DNA of 64,000 bases, from positions 158,226,001-158,290,000 of the forward strand of contig NC_058368.1 of the NCBI RefSeq assembly GCF_018350175.1. The letters run 5' to 3'. The notes under the pieces are model-generated. The model had not been told where the DNA came from and searched no databases. It was given only the letters and a program-made list of their open reading frames with translations. Position numbers and translations under genes: made by a program. Every line of letters begins with the position of its first letter. Position 1 is the stretch's first letter. Shown here in pieces: positions 37,616 through 51,992 of this stretch. Origin of the DNA: Felis catus. Its lineage: Eukaryota.

Positions 37616-40600
37616 AAATTCAAATACAGGATTTTAATTTTTGAAGAAAGAGTCCACTTATTATTGCAAAGTTGATTGGCATTACTATTATATTTGTGCT
37701 CAAATCCAAGCCCTGCCACTTAACTGTGTAATCTTAGGTTAGTTACCTAACTTCTCTGAGCCTTAGTTTTCTCCTTTATAAAGTGGGGATAATAATGGTT
37801 ACTTCCTAGGATTTTATGAAAATATACTGAAATCAGATACACAAGCACCTGTCACAGTTCCTGGCACATTTCCTAACACATGGAAGATTCTGTGGTCCCC
37901 ACCTGGCTGGTTGATCACACTACAATAAATAATAGTTTCAATGTCTTCTGTGAAGCCTTTCCTAACCGTCTTCCAAACGCACATCTCAGAAATAGTCTCC
38001 CTCTTCTGATCTCTTGTTACATCATGTTGTACTTAAGATCCTATCACAGTGGATCTTATCTTGTATTGCATAAACGCTGGGGTATAAATTAGTGTCATAA
38101 GGAGATCTGCATGTTCTTGCCCAAAGAGAAGTCTCTACTTCATTCATAGATAATCCATTGTTTGTGTTTCATTGGATTCATGTTTTGTGTCCTGATTAAA
38201 CACTATTGTTAGGTGACTGTTTTGAAGTCCTCCTTAAAAGCACCATTATTATGCTAAATAATTAAAGACTTTGCAAGAATGTGTGTCACGATGTGACAGC
38301 ATGGCAAACAATAGACTAATTTAAACCTCTGAATATTCATTTCCTGAAGTGAATAATGTGTCATTACAGAAAGAAAAATGTAAACCTGGGTCCATAAATG
38401 AGACTTCTGAAGAATATCAGTGCTTTCCTTAGAAAGCTCCTCTTCAGCTGCCTTTTGTTCCAGGTGTTTTACAGGAAGCGGCTCAGGGTTTTGTGTGTTT
38501 ATGTGCTTTTTAAAGTCTTACAACTCCTGGTTGAAGACATTGGTGCTAGAAATGACTAGATATTTAAATTTTGTTTTCTCTAACCAGTTTTCTGACTTGT
38601 GCTTTGAATAAAATTTCTGATGATTGAGTAAAAACTTATGTAATATTGCATTTGAGCCATCAGATAATACTCTTGTGTCTGTTCATGCGCAAATTCATAA
38701 TTTAACAAATACTTGTTAGGCAACTATTGTTGCCAGGCTCTGGGGATGTGCAGCAACTGAGACAGGCATGGCCCCTGACCTTGTGGAGTTCAAGTTCAGG
38801 TCTGTATTATAAGTTTTGTGAGGAAAGAACTTGTTTATAAGAAATCCATGATTTTCTTTCTTTCATTATTTGAAATGTGTTATTAAATAATCTTATTGTG
38901 GTTCGGTAACAAATGATTTGGTTTTCTCTTGTGCATCTAACAGAACTAGTATTAAAAGTTAAAAATCGGTTACTTATTTAATTTAGAAAATGCTTAATAT
39001 TTGTTTTGTGTTTTACCCAAATTGCCCTACTATTTGGTATCTAACTTGACCCTCACAATTACTCTGTAGGGTGCATGGTGTTCCAGTTGTGGGAAGCTAG
39101 ATGCTTAGCAGGTTTAATGTGCTTGTTTGTGGAGTCATGGCCACTGAGAAGCCAACGGACTGAAACTTAATTTTTCTAATTTATTATGTTCTTGATTCAA
39201 GCTTAAAAACAAGAGGTATTAAAACTGTGTGTGTTAGAATGAAACTTTAATGGCTAATTAGAAGATGGAAACAAAGATTGGAATCAACAGTTATTTTTTA
39301 TATTTTGTCTGATACCATATACTTAGCACTATGGTAGACACTGTGGGGAGCAGAAATGATCAATTTATAGCTTTATTGATAAGACATGACATACACTTAG
39401 AAACGAGCTCAGTAACCCTCTAACACAGCATGTGATTGAGTGTCCAAGTGAGAAGTACAAACGGATATAGGGGTTGAGGAGAGAGTATGAGCTAAAGCTG
39501 ATTCAGGTGTTGTACCTTGAGCTAAATCTTCAAGGATAGGGGCCTGAGCAGGGAAAAGTCTTCCTAGGCATCTGGGAGTCTCATCTTGCTCTTCCCGGAG
39601 GAGGAAAGGAGCATGATGGTGATGATGGTGATAATACTAACTAGCGTTTGCCCATTGCTTACCACTTGGCCAAAGCAATGTTATAACTAGTTCATGTACA
39701 TTAACTCACTTATTACTAACCTGAATGGAGTGGATATTGGTACCGTTGCCATTTCACAGATGAGGACACCGAGGCACAGTAACTTGTTTGAGGTTGCACA
39801 TGAATTCAATGCCAGCTGAAATTCCACCGGACATTCTTGAGCCCAGAGCCCCCTCTTACACTCTTAGTCACTGAATTATGCTGCCTGCTGAGGTGCCTGT
39901 GAGACAGGAAAGACACCATTCTTGATGGAGGGGAGATGTGGATGGAGTCATGGTGAGAGAAATAGTGGAATAAGTAGGTTAGGCCGAATGGAGAGTTTAA
40001 AGTTTAGGCAGAAGACATTAGACTTTATCTAGGACACAGTGGCAAACCATTGAGAGCTTATGATTTCATCACATTGAGAACATGGTACACTTTTTTTTTT
40101 TTTTTCTTCTAGGTAAACTAGGGAGCCATAGACAAAGATTTGGGAGCTAGAGAATGGGGTAGAACAGAGGGTGGGAGAACAAGGTATGGAGCTATTAGAA
40201 GGGCCATGATGTAATCCAGGTGTGGGAGGTACATGATTAGACTGGGAGCGTGGGTGGAAATAGAAATGACAAGGACTGGAACCAGAACTGGGCCTGAACC
40301 CAGGTGATTCAGGGCCAAATGAGTTCCCTGTATTACATCATTTGGCACTTACAGCAACTCCACAGGCAGGTGGTATTACTACCATTTCTAAGGCTGTGGG
40401 AATGGGGATTACAGGAGGTTAATGTGGATTAGTAAGTGCTGGAACAGGGAGCTGAGCCTTCATCTGTCTCAGTGTCCTCATTTTAAGGTAAAATAAGATA
40501 GTTGGGTGATAAAGTAGGGTTGCTGAAAAGGTATAGAGAATTGTTCACGTAGTAAATGGTAAAGTCAAGGGAGAAATCAGCATTCCAAGGGAGCAACAAT

Positions 40601-42574
40601 GTAAGAGAGAAGGCAGAGGGCTTGCGACTGAAGATGAAAACAAAGAGAAGAGTGGAGCAAGTGGAAGAGGCTTCCAGAAGGAAACATTATAGTGGGGATG
40701 AGAGACTGTGGAATTGCTCTGGCAGAGCAGCCATGAAGGAGAGGATGGTCAGGGATTCAGACTGGATCTGCAGGTGTGTCAGCAGGTAGAAGAGGCGTGT
40801 GCATATGTATGGCATGTGTTCTAGTAACTCCACAGCAGAGGCAGGTAGATGTGGGAAGGGGGATTCTTGCCAGGAGGGGTGGGGACAGGAAGATGGGTCA
40901 AGTTCAGGAGCACCTGTTGACTCATCTGCTGGCCTGCTGTCTGCCAGCCAGGGCTGGGGAGAGAGTAAGGTGAGGCCAGATGACCTGAGGGGAACTGGGG
41001 AGGCCAGCTAGCAGCACCTGCCAAGAACTATAAGTCTTCAGGCACCCCCAAGCAAGGGAGGGGACTCTGTTTTGTAATAGAGAACTAAGGAGCTGAGGAA
41101 GTAATATTTTTCATCAGCCAGATTTAATGGCAGCAGAACGGATGAGCAAATCCTCTAGGACCTCACCCTCCTAAGGGAGCCCTTAACTTGCCCAGTACCA
41201 GCCATTCAGCAGGGTCTGGGTGAGCTCACAATGCTTGGCAGTCACTCAGGCGCCACACGATGGTTGAGGTTGGTACTTACCAGAAACCCTGCAGAATCCA
41301 GGAAAAGGTATGGCCAGAAACCTGCCATGATTAAGAGTGGGGTCAGCAGGTGCGTGCACCCAACAGACAGCTCTTACAAAGAGACCCCATCTAGTGGAGG
41401 AGACCATTCCTGAGGCAGTTATGTGGTTACCTGATTATATAAAGTTCTGGAAGTAGACAAGGAAGATGCCCATCAGGACTGCTCATGGTGGCTGTAATGC
41501 TGGAGGTTATAATGCTGGGGCTGAGAGCTAGTGAGATGCACCTGAAAGGAAGGGCATGTAGGGTTTGGATATTTTAGGAAGAGAAGCATGCCAACCAGTA
41601 GCATTTGTGTGAATAAAAAATAAAGGGGGCATTGAGTGAGGTGTGCACTGAGGAAGGAAGGGATAGGCTGGTTGCCTGAAGCTGCTTTTCTGCTTTGGGA
41701 GATGGGGAGGGATTGGAGCATGGTGGTCTTTGAAGGCAAGAGAATGGATTTCAGTGTGAGGTAGTGGGCAACAGGAGTCCCACTGATTTACTTCGGATGG
41801 AAACTTAGAGGTGAGAATGCCGTGTAGGAAGATTAATCTGTCCAGAGTGGGTAAGAGAGCTAAAAATCTGGACTCTGGGAGACCTTTGCAAAATATATGT
41901 GAAAAAGGAAAGTTTCTATTTTCCAAGGTCTTAAAAGCATACCATCTTCCCTTCCTATCTGTAATTGTTTACTGCAGTAAACTTCCAAATTTATTACTGT
42001 AGCAAGTAACCGATTTGAAGAGATTTTGTTGAATAATGCTAGAAAACACCTGCCATATTGATTAAGTACAGAATTAATTTTTTTTCCAGGTTGCATTTAC
42101 TCTTAACCAGCGTTGGTTTGTTTTAATGCAACTTGATGATCCAGCAAGATTATTTGAGGCGGGTCTGAAACTGATGTAGAACTCAAACATTTGTTTTACC
42201 ACATAGGGTTCTTTTCCTGCCTCCGTTAGAGCACTTCAGTTGTAACAAAAACCTGCTGTCTGTCTTTCTGGACTCTAGACTCTGAAGGCTGAGACGGTGT
42301 CTTCCTCATTGTATGTACTCAGCCCCTAGCTCATTCCTTTTCAAATAGCAATTGTTGAATGGGTAGATGGAGAATGATTATAAAAAGATAGTTTTTCTCT
42401 GTTCTTTGTTACTCTGATTTATTCTTTAAGTTTATAAATGACCACTAATACTCTGGATGTAAAGAGATTTGTGTCGGTCATTTGGGATGGAGAGTACTGT
42501 AGTCGCTATACTTTACTCTGACAGCACTGATCCCACAGTGATATTTTGGTATGTATGAGTGCTGATGATTGTGC

Positions 42575-42740
42575 TTTTTTTTAAGCTTATTTATTTATTT
42601 TGAAAGAGAGAGGGAGGAGGAGAGAGAGAGAGAATCCCAAGCAGGCTCTGCACTGAGCCTAGTATGGGGCTGGAACCCACGAACTGTGAGATCATGACCT
42701 GAGCTGAAACCAAGAATTGAACACTTAACTGACTATGCCC
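42575..42740 (-). mobile_element. CAN-SINE with internal deletions
   Basis: TSD ctgatg(a/g)ttgtgcttt. Confidence 0.85.
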
Positions 42741-45512
42741 CTGATGGTTGTGCTTTAAAATTGGCTGTCCCTAGATGTTAACAGGACTGTGCTGTGGTAG
42801 TCCTGCAGCAGAAAGTCACTGGCTTAGAAGTCAGGTGGCCTAGGTCCCAACCCTGGCACACACAGCTCAAAGGGCCCCTCTAGCCACCACCCCCCCAACA
42901 ATCCCCACCTTTGCCTGGGTGATGCCCCTTATATTTTAATGACGATGTCACCTCCTTAGCATCACCTGTCCTGACCATCTTCTGAACTAATTCTGGTTGC
43001 CAAGTCTATGTTTTTATGGGAACCTGTGATTTTCCTTTATAGCACTTATCACAAGTAATTATTGCAGTGATTATTCTATTAATGTCCTGTCTGATGAGGC
43101 TGAAAGTTCCGCAGTGACAGGAACATGTCTAGCAATTGCACCACCGTGTTCCTGTCTCCTGACAGAGTACCTGGCACAAACTTACTCTGGGTAAATACAC
43201 ATGGGGCCAGTGAACTGCGGTAGATTTGACAAGGCACTTACCCTCTGTGAGATATCTTTTTCTTCACCTGTTTAAAACCACATATTAAGGTTTATCTTTA
43301 AAGTTCTTCAAGTCAGAGCTTTATGGATAAACTCTTCAATAACAATCAGTTATTCACATACACGATCAGAAATTTAAATGGTACAGAATTAAAATGAAAC
43401 TGTATTCAATCCCTCACCAGAGATAACAAATATTAAAATTTCATTGTTTTCACAAATAGAAGAAAATAAAACAAACCACAGTTCACTGGAGTTGAATGGA
43501 TTCACAGTGGGGTGGGATTATTTTCCTTATTTTCTGATCCCATGAAGTAGCTGTCCTATTTCACTTTCAAAATGTTTAGTGCCTTTGTGATGGGATAGAA
43601 CTTTCATGGAGGGATCTGTGCTGAGAACAGGTGTGGCCAAGGCCTTCAGCTAAGTTCCTGTAACCTGCTCCATGCATATTTATAGCTATCCATGTAGATT
43701 TTACTGTTCTGGGGTGGGGGGGGCGGTTTGAAAGTCTTCTTTATAGGATTTGAGGATCACATGCAGCTATTGCTTAATAAAGGAGTAAGGCAGATTGGAT
43801 ATTCCAAGGCTGTGTGATTTCAGGAATGTTTTAATAAACATAGAGGTTTAGAAATAATGTTTACCTAAGGATTTGCAGTTTAAAAAGCACTTTCATGTAG
43901 AGTGTTTGGTCTTTGATTTTATATGATTGAGGGAAATCATTGAAGGAATGGGGTGTGGCAAATGTATACATTAATTCTCACAGATTAAAAAAATCTCAAG
44001 GAAAAATGAATATGTATTTGTCCTTTAATTTGATGGGAAAATCTACCTTGGTACATTTTCTAGCTCTTTATCCCAAAGAGAATGTGAGAGACACTACTCC
44101 ACGCCTGCTACAGTGACCAAGTGTGGTATATTTTGGGGTGAGGGAGTGCCTTATTGGTGCCTAATAGTGCTCAGGAATAAAGTTCATATGGTTTGTTTGA
44201 AAAATCAGCATACTAAAACTTTGGGCTTTTATCTGAAAATTGTGGTAATTTACTATTAGCACCAACATACTCTACAGTAAGTGAGGTCTGTGGGGAAGGT
44301 GATTTTGTTCACGGTCCATGGGTTATAGTAGGTTCATACAGTCGCCTTGAGTGGTAGTGTGTGGGGGTGGTGAGAGTGAAGAAACCAACAAGCATGGGCT
44401 CCTCCTGCCCTGGGACTTAGCGTCAGAAATGGCTTAGAGCCAGACATCAGAGACAGGCTCTGGGTATTCTTGGCAGGGCAGCAGCTGTTTACTGACAGCC
44501 TGTTACTTAAGAAGTAAGTTACTTAAGAAGTGCCAGATGGAATCCCTAAGCTTTAAAACCTAACAGACTCAAATGTTATGGAGGTTTAAATGAGCCTAGG
44601 TTGGAATTCCCAAATAAACTAGGGTTGATTTAATATTCACCGGGGTAATGCAAGTTAAGTACTATCATAATAGTCACTAGTACCATGCAAGTATCCATAT
44701 GCACTCCCCACTACTTGGGTGATTAGATTGCAGGGACTAATTCCACCATCCCCTTGCATCCCTAGGAATGGTGTATCTTGAAACTTCAATTATCATCATC
44801 ACCTCTTGCCCTGCAGGGAGGAGCCTGGATGAGACAAATAATACAGCAGTATTACCTTTGCAATACCATTCCCACCTTCTCTTGCTTATGTGACACTGAA
44901 AGGACAATTCTGATCTTCCTGAGTCTTTTCTAGTGCTACATCCTGCTCTTTCTGTCTTTTATAATATCTTGGGACTAATGCATTAGTAATTTAATAAGCA
45001 CCTACAATATGCCAGACATTTATTTATCTCAAATACCTAAAACCCTGCAAAAGAGCCAACATTGACCTCATTTTATATACCTAGGAAACTAAGACTGCTA
45101 GTAATTGGCAGAGCTCACATTTGAACAAAATTCTGTCAAGTTTTAAAGTCTGTGTTCTTTCTAAAAATAAGGCAGACAATAATTAAAATATTTACTGAGC
45201 ACTTATGCACCAGGTAGTAATAAACTTATAAGATAGTTATCTACTAAAGAAAAATTGAGAAAGAGGAAACTAAAAATCAGAAAATTGCCCAAGATTATTT
45301 AGTAAGTAGTACACCCCAAATTTGCACCCATTTAATCTGGTCGTAAAGGCTTTGCCCACTGAGCAAGACCACCTACTGGACTTTTGTGGGAGTTGTACTC
45401 TAGAAGAGGTAAAACCAAGGTAGAGTTAAGAACAAGTATGGTTAAGAGGAATTGAAAGACAAAGTGTTTTCAGGTTAACCAGAATCAGACTTTCTCTTTC
45501 TTTACTTTCTAG

Positions 45513-45572
45513 GTGTCAGCTTCTTCTGCTTCCACCAGCAAGTCTTCCAGTATGAATCCCACAGACACCAAG
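45513..45572 (+). CDS. CAST: CAST exon 2: VSASSASTSKSSSMNPTDTK, containing the L-domain start ATG at 45552
   Basis: Pyrimidine tract plus ctag acceptor, donor aag|gtatga, 60 nt. MNPT(D/E)TK is the canonical calpastatin N-terminus. Confidence 0.96.
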
Positions 45573-45975
45573 GTATGAATAGTCTTTAAGGGTGTACTTG
45601 GGTGAACACCTTTAAATGATTATTTTATAAAGCAAAACAAATGTAGACTGACAAACGTGTTATATGTCCTAACAAGCTTAAGTTATGGAAGTAAACATTT
45701 TCTTCCTAATTTATAGAGATCTTTGGAAACCCACCTTTCCTTTTAATATTTACCTCAAGTATCATCTGTGCACTTCTACATTGTTTTAGAATATCTAGAC
45801 AAGAGAGGTAATCCAGAGATTTTTTGTTGTTGTTCTAGGCTTGATGGAGTTTTTAAATGATAAAATGATCTAAGTACATTTTTCTGGATATAGTGAAGAA
45901 TATGAATGCTTCTTATTAAAATAATAAGAATATTCTTATTTTATAATATTCTAGCCATTTAAAACTCAATGTACA

Positions 45976-46194
45976 GGGGCGCCTGGGTGGCTCAGTTGGT
46001 TAAGCATCCAACTTCAGCTCAGGTCATGATCATGGTTAGGGAGCTCAAGCCCTACGTTGGGCTCTGTGCTGAGAGCTCAGAACCTGGAGCCTGCTTTGGA
46101 TTCTATGTCTCCATTTCTCTCTCTTCCTCCCCCACTCATACTCTGTCTCTCTCTCAAAAATAAATAAACATTAAAAAAAATTTAAAAAAATAAA
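45976..46194 (+). mobile_element. CAN-SINE
   Basis: Canonical head; degenerate TSD taaaact(ca/ta)(a/g)tgtaca. Confidence 0.9.
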
Positions 46195-46755
46195 TAAAAC
46201 TTAGTGTACAAATGAGAAAATTTATACTAAGTGAACATGAAACAAGTGACATAATACTGGTTACTTTAGATACTTTCTTAAGTTTGTGAAATTTTAGTCC
46301 TATGGGACAACATCTTATTGATAAACATTTGAGCTCTATTTGGGATTTATTCTAATAATTATTTCTTGGAATTTCAGTAGAAAAAGAATGCTGTACAGTG
46401 GAGTTATCACATAGAGTAAGCCTAGTTCTGAAGAGTTGGCTAAAGCTGCCTTAACCCTCTCCCTTAGTTACCATATCTCAAGCTGTGTTTCTTGGACAAT
46501 TGGGGTGGAGAATTAAAGCGGGCACATTTTCAAGAAGCTCTTAACTAATTTTTATGAGCCAGTATCCTTTAGTGCCCTTAAAAGCTAACCCAGCTCCATT
46601 ATTATTAAGTTGCTCTTGTTTAAAATCACTGACATGTTTTTTGCTTTCTGTCTTCCATGTTACTTTGCTATCCCAGTAGGATCCTATATCAAAACTTAGT
46701 ACTGGCACTGTAATTTAGTGCTGTTGGGAGATCCTGTAGTGTCTTGTTGAGCTGT

Positions 46756-47011
46756 TTATTTGTTTGTTTTAAATATTTATTTTAAATATTTAGATTTTAA
46801 GTATTTAAAATGTTTAATTATTTAATTCAAATATTGTTGAGAGATAGCATGCAAGCAGGGGAGGGGCAGAGAGGAAGACGGAGAATCTAAGCAGGCTGCA
46901 GGATTCGAGCTGTCGTTGTAGAGTCTTATATGGGGCTCAGACTCATGAACCATGAGATCATGACCTGAGTTGAAGTTTCATGCTTAACCAACTAAGCCTC
47001 CCAGGTGCTCC
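46756..47011 (-). mobile_element. CAN-SINE, diverged
   Basis: Reverse SINE head gcttaaccaactaagcctcccaggtgctcc and AT-rich tail. Confidence 0.8.
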
Positions 47012-49622
47012 TCATGTTCAGCTATTTTTGAAGGACATTGTAAGTATCTTGAAGTATACTGTTCAAATCTCTTATAAATGTCATCTAGCATTTCTTTTAA
47101 CTTAAAAAATTTTAATCTAAAATTGTTTTTATTTAGTATTTTACATGAATTTTTAAATTGTTTTCAAACTATACATTACCTGATCTATTCATCTATTAGT
47201 TGTCACTATTTACGAAGACCAAGCTTAATCTTAGAATATTAAAAAAAACTTATCTCAGACTACCGGAGAAGCATCAACCAATAACAATTATCATTGAGTT
47301 CAGAGTCCATGAAAAATTAAAGAAAGGAGAGCCACAAATCTAGGATTTCTTTTTTATTATTTTGGTTCTCATTTGACCCATTGCCTGACTCTAATCCATT
47401 GCCCCTGACTTTCATTTCGAGGACCAGTGCTTATTTCAAGTGTCCACAAACCCTTCAACCATTTGCTAAGGATTAATCACGAGAATTCCTGGAAGTCCTA
47501 CAGAACTAGAGGAGGGGAGGAGAGAGAGGGGAAAGTAGGGAAAAAGTGGGAGAGACCAAAATAAGTGTCTTGGTGATGAAATATCACCAATGGCTGACTC
47601 AGGACCACTTTTGGCATCAACTCCCTTTCTTGGTGGATTTCAGTTACAATGTTTTTGTGATGTTTGTGTCATAACATTTATACTAGCCTTCTCTTGAAGA
47701 TTTTTGTGAATGTGAACTTGAGTGTATTTTTTCAAATATCTTGAGCTTTTAGAAAAAAGATGTTAATTCAAGATAATACCTATACTGAATCCTGTGTTCC
47801 ATACCTTTCAAATAAAAGTCCATATACCTCTGAAGAGGAAGGATATGTCTAGATCTAAGTTCTTTCTCTCTTGCCCCTGGTGCATTAGAATCAGTGGTCA
47901 TACTGCTGTAGTTAAGATGGAAGGTCAGATTTCTAATCAGGATAAAATCCCTGAAAGACTATGTAGCATGAACAATGGAACCAGATGGCCTGGTGTGGAA
48001 TCTCATTTCATATCAGCCATGGTATTCAGAAACACATCTTTGCTTTTGTTTCCTTATCTGTACAGTTTGGATAATAGTACATGTTTCACAAGCCTATGTA
48101 AGAAAACAAACATTAAGGGTATTAGTGCCTGTCCCACAGCAGATGCCCAGTAGGAGCTGTCTAACACTGGAGAGACAATGTTGTACAGTGTGGTGATTGA
48201 GAACACAAAACCCCAGCTCTACCATGGGTATCCTTGGGAAGTTATTTAACTTCTTTGTACCTAAATTTCTCATCCCTGAAGTGGAGATGATGATGATAGG
48301 ATGATGATGATACCTCCCTCATAGAATTATTATGAGGACTGAGTTGGCATATGTAAAGTTTGGAGCAGTCCTTGATACTAAGAGGTAATCAATAAGCATT
48401 AGTTATTATTGTTATCACTATTATGTTAAGCACCACCACCTTCACCAAAAATAAATTTGGGAAATGTATTAGCAACTACTAATAAAAATATTCCATTATA
48501 AACTACTTACTTACATGTGTGAGCATAAATTCTTAATTGTTTTGTAGAGTTCTTCCTTGCAACATCTTGATTGACAAATTACAAAGTAGAAGCTGTTCAT
48601 AGATCTAAACCACTACAATACCAGCTGCTTATTTTCCTTAATAATCATTAATAAATTTCATTTGCATAAATTCAAAAAGCATAGTAGCAAATACAGAAAC
48701 TAATTAACAAAGATCCTAATTGAAAGGATCCCAAATTAAAATTCCTTTAAAAAGATTTGTGTGGTTATGAACTTGGTTTCCTTCTCAAACAATATGTGTG
48801 TTGGTATAATGAGGGTCCGTTCATTATAGGAGGAATGTTTGTATTTTCATGGCTGAAGCACAAGGCATGATACATCAAGAGGGTATTTGGTGTTGGCTTT
48901 TTCAAATAGAATAAAAAATAGGAGTTTATGTTAACACCACCAAATAGATAAAAAGGAAAGAAATGACAGGAAATATTAGGCCTAATTTTTCATCTTTTAT
49001 TTTGAAAAGTTCAAAAATGTTTAATCCAGTTTTATTCCAGTTTTCACATCTTGCCTATACCAAGAATGCATGTATGTACTTAAGGGATTGTATTTTTTGA
49101 CACAAATGACCTTTGGTTGGGTAAAAACGAGTAAAACACTCCAGTAAAGGGCTTAAGTCACAATGAGACCTTCTGAAGCATTCTTAGAACTTTAGATTAT
49201 ATTGTGCATAAAAAATCTATGTACTGTTTACAGGATTGTTATAAAATTTCAGAAAAAAATTTGACAGTACTTATGGCTATTGATTTGGTCATAACCAAGC
49301 ATTAGAAATATAGGTGGAAGAAAATGGCCCAATCAGCCTGTACACAGAGAAATTGAAGGAAAGGGGTCAGAAGTTAGTTTTTCTAATGGCGATTTTATAG
49401 ATTTTTATCATGGAAAAAAAAGTAAATCCAAATTGCAATATTTGCTTGAGGCTTTAGAATTTTAGCGCCTACCACTTCTTGGAGTTACATACATATGCAT
49501 GGAGTAGATGCAGTAGAGGAGTAGAACGAGTCTCGATATAAACATTTAGCCCAATGATACATGATACTTATTTGACTGTCAGATTAAATAAAATCACACT
49601 TGGGGCTGTGCTCTTGTATTAG

Positions 49623-49688
49623 GCTATTCCAGTCAGCAAACAGATGGAAGGACAGCATTCCCCCAGCAAGAAAAGACCCAAAAAACAG
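49623..49688 (+). CDS. CAST: CAST exon 3 (L domain): AIPVSKQMEGQHSPSKKRPKKQ
   Basis: Acceptor tattag, donor cag|gtgatg, 66 nt. Homologous to recalled human [22 protein letters not shown]. Confidence 0.95.
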
Positions 49689-50298
49689 GTGATGTGGTTC
49701 ATTGTACTAGGGGACATTTCTGTTTGCTAATGGTCGCCTCACCTGCTCAGCATGCACTAATAATTACAGTTCGAGATCTTCAGTAACTCACTCATCACGG
49801 ACTTTGTGGTAGGCTTGGTGACCCATCGCTCATATTCTGGCACTAAAACTAAATGTCACTGCTTTCTGTTCTCCTTGGCTCTGTCACCATCCCATTGTTT
49901 CACACTGACAGCCAAAACCTGTGGTATTTCACACAAAGATTAGTCATATCATTGGCTTTGAAGGATGAAGATTTTTTTTTGTTTTGCTTATATATTAGCT
50001 ACAATGTTGTAGCAATAAATTTTTACATATCTTTGGTACACATAACAAAAGTAAGATGTAAATTGCTATCTAAAAGTAAGAGCAGAGTGTTAGTGTACTT
50101 AACGTGTTTATCTAAACAGTTAAAATTCCAAGAAAAGTATAATAAACTTAACTCAGAAAGCTTATATTTAGATCAAAATCATCTCCTTTGGAAAGCTTTC
50201 TTAGTTGAAGAAAATCTATGTTAAACTTTATAAACTATGTCTTTTTTTTCCTTTCTTCTGTAATTCATTCTGTCTTTTCTTTATTTTTCTGAGTTTAG

Positions 50299-50340
50299 GC
50301 TGCAAAAACAGAACCTGAAAACAAGTCACAATCAACTAAG
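50299..50340 (+). CDS. CAST: CAST exon 4: AAKTEPENKSQSTK
   Basis: Acceptor tttag, donor aag|gtaagt, 42 nt. Homologous to AVKTEPEKKSQSTK. Confidence 0.95.
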
Positions 50341-51312
50341 GTAAGTAATTTAAGTCAACTAGTGAGTTGTTTGGATTCTTAGCAGTAATAATGAATAACC
50401 AATTTACTCCATTGGTGCTGCTGAATGGTAAAAGGATTTTTTTGTCAGCTAATTTAATTAATTTTGGATTACCCTTTTAAACATTTTATAGAGCATAAGT
50501 GAATAATTATAACATTAAGTCCATACATTAAAATGAATTTATTTTGTAAATGAAAACAATATATTTCAGAAGGCATTTTGTTCAGGTCTAGATTTTTGTT
50601 ATAGTTGAAGTCATTGTTAAAAAAAGCAGTAGGAACCAAGGAGAAAGGACAAAGGGTAATGAGTATCCAGTTACTTTAAAAATGGGACATCAAGAGTAAA
50701 TGTCTTTTGAACCCAGCACCTAGATGACTTACAGATAAGAGTCTTTGCTAAGAGGATCCTAGGTTTATCTTAACAGTTTTATCTCAGTTTGTGGAATGAG
50801 TTCCAGTTTCTCAGGAGACAACTCTGACTTTCCCTTGGGAGTGGCTTCCCTGACTCATGGCTGTCTAGACTGAAAGCCAATCTGTATCCATGTGGAGATG
50901 GACCCCAGGGTGTCTGCAGGCAAATGTTTATCCTACATATGATGGTGCACATTACTTCTTTCAAGCATGCTTAAGCAAATACTCAGATAAGACTGCAAAG
51001 CTTCCTGTGGGAAAGCACAGAGATGTCCTTTAAATGCAGGCAAGGGGAGGTCATCTGGGTGGAAGGTGAATTTATCTGATTGTATGTAGCTCCTTTGGGT
51101 TTACCGCTCAGAATGATAATCTTATAGTCCACTACAGAGGAAGAATTGAGCTGCAAGGTGGAAATCATCTGCTGTTCCATTTGGTTGTTTACACAATCTC
51201 AAGAGAATTGGGTTTCTGGTGATATCTCCTTCTCGACTTGTAACACAGAAAAGACTATGTAAATCATTAAATTGCAGAAATACCATGTTCATTCCCTACA
51301 AAGGGAGATTTT

Positions 51313-51602
51313 TATTTTATTTTATTTTATTTTATTTTATTTTATTTTATTTTATTTTATTTTATTTTATTTTATTTTATTTTTTAAAAAAATTTTTTAA
51401 TGTTTATTCATTTTTGAGACAGAGAAAGACAGAGCATGAATGGGGGAGGGTCAGAGAGAGAGGGAGACACAGTATCTGTAGCAGGCTCCAGGCTCTGAGC
51501 TGTCAGCACAGAGTCCGATGTGGGGCTTGAACTCATGGACCGCGAGATCATGACCTGAGCTGAAGTCAGATGCTTAACCGACTGAGCCACCCAGGTGCCC
51601 CC
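51313..51602 (-). mobile_element. Felid SINE with (ATTTT)n tail
   Basis: TSD aaagggagatttt on both sides; long ATTTT pentamer array at about 51309-51383. Confidence 0.93.
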
Positions 51603-51992
51603 AAAGGGAGATTTTTAAAAGAAAGAATCTAGAGTAGGATTCCCAATCAACAAACTCAGAGGTCACAGTGATCATGTGACATCTCTGTGAATGGACTTGC
51701 GTTTACTAAATGATCTGTATGAATTGTGAAAAACAGCCAATAAGTTAGGGATACATACCTATTTGAAAAATCATTCTAAGTGAAATGCTAATTTTTTATT
51801 ACTCTTATGATTGTCATTATCATGCTGTTGGTAGAATAACTATTGACAAGCAGAACATGTGTATTCCTCTAAGTGAGCCTTTCCCAAGTGAGGCAGAAGG
51901 GTCTAATTTGGAGTTCTGTTCTTAAGCCTGTTTGGAAGTAATAAAAGAAAGGACTCCAATGTAACTGAGATTTTATCTTTTGAAATTAACAG

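Noticed and set aside
44502..44531. 16-bp local duplication gttacttaagaagtaa (also heptamer ccacgtt repeats near 14538-14565 and aattaataag repeats near 683-712)
   Set aside because: Ordinary slippage-type micro-duplications with no supporting context.
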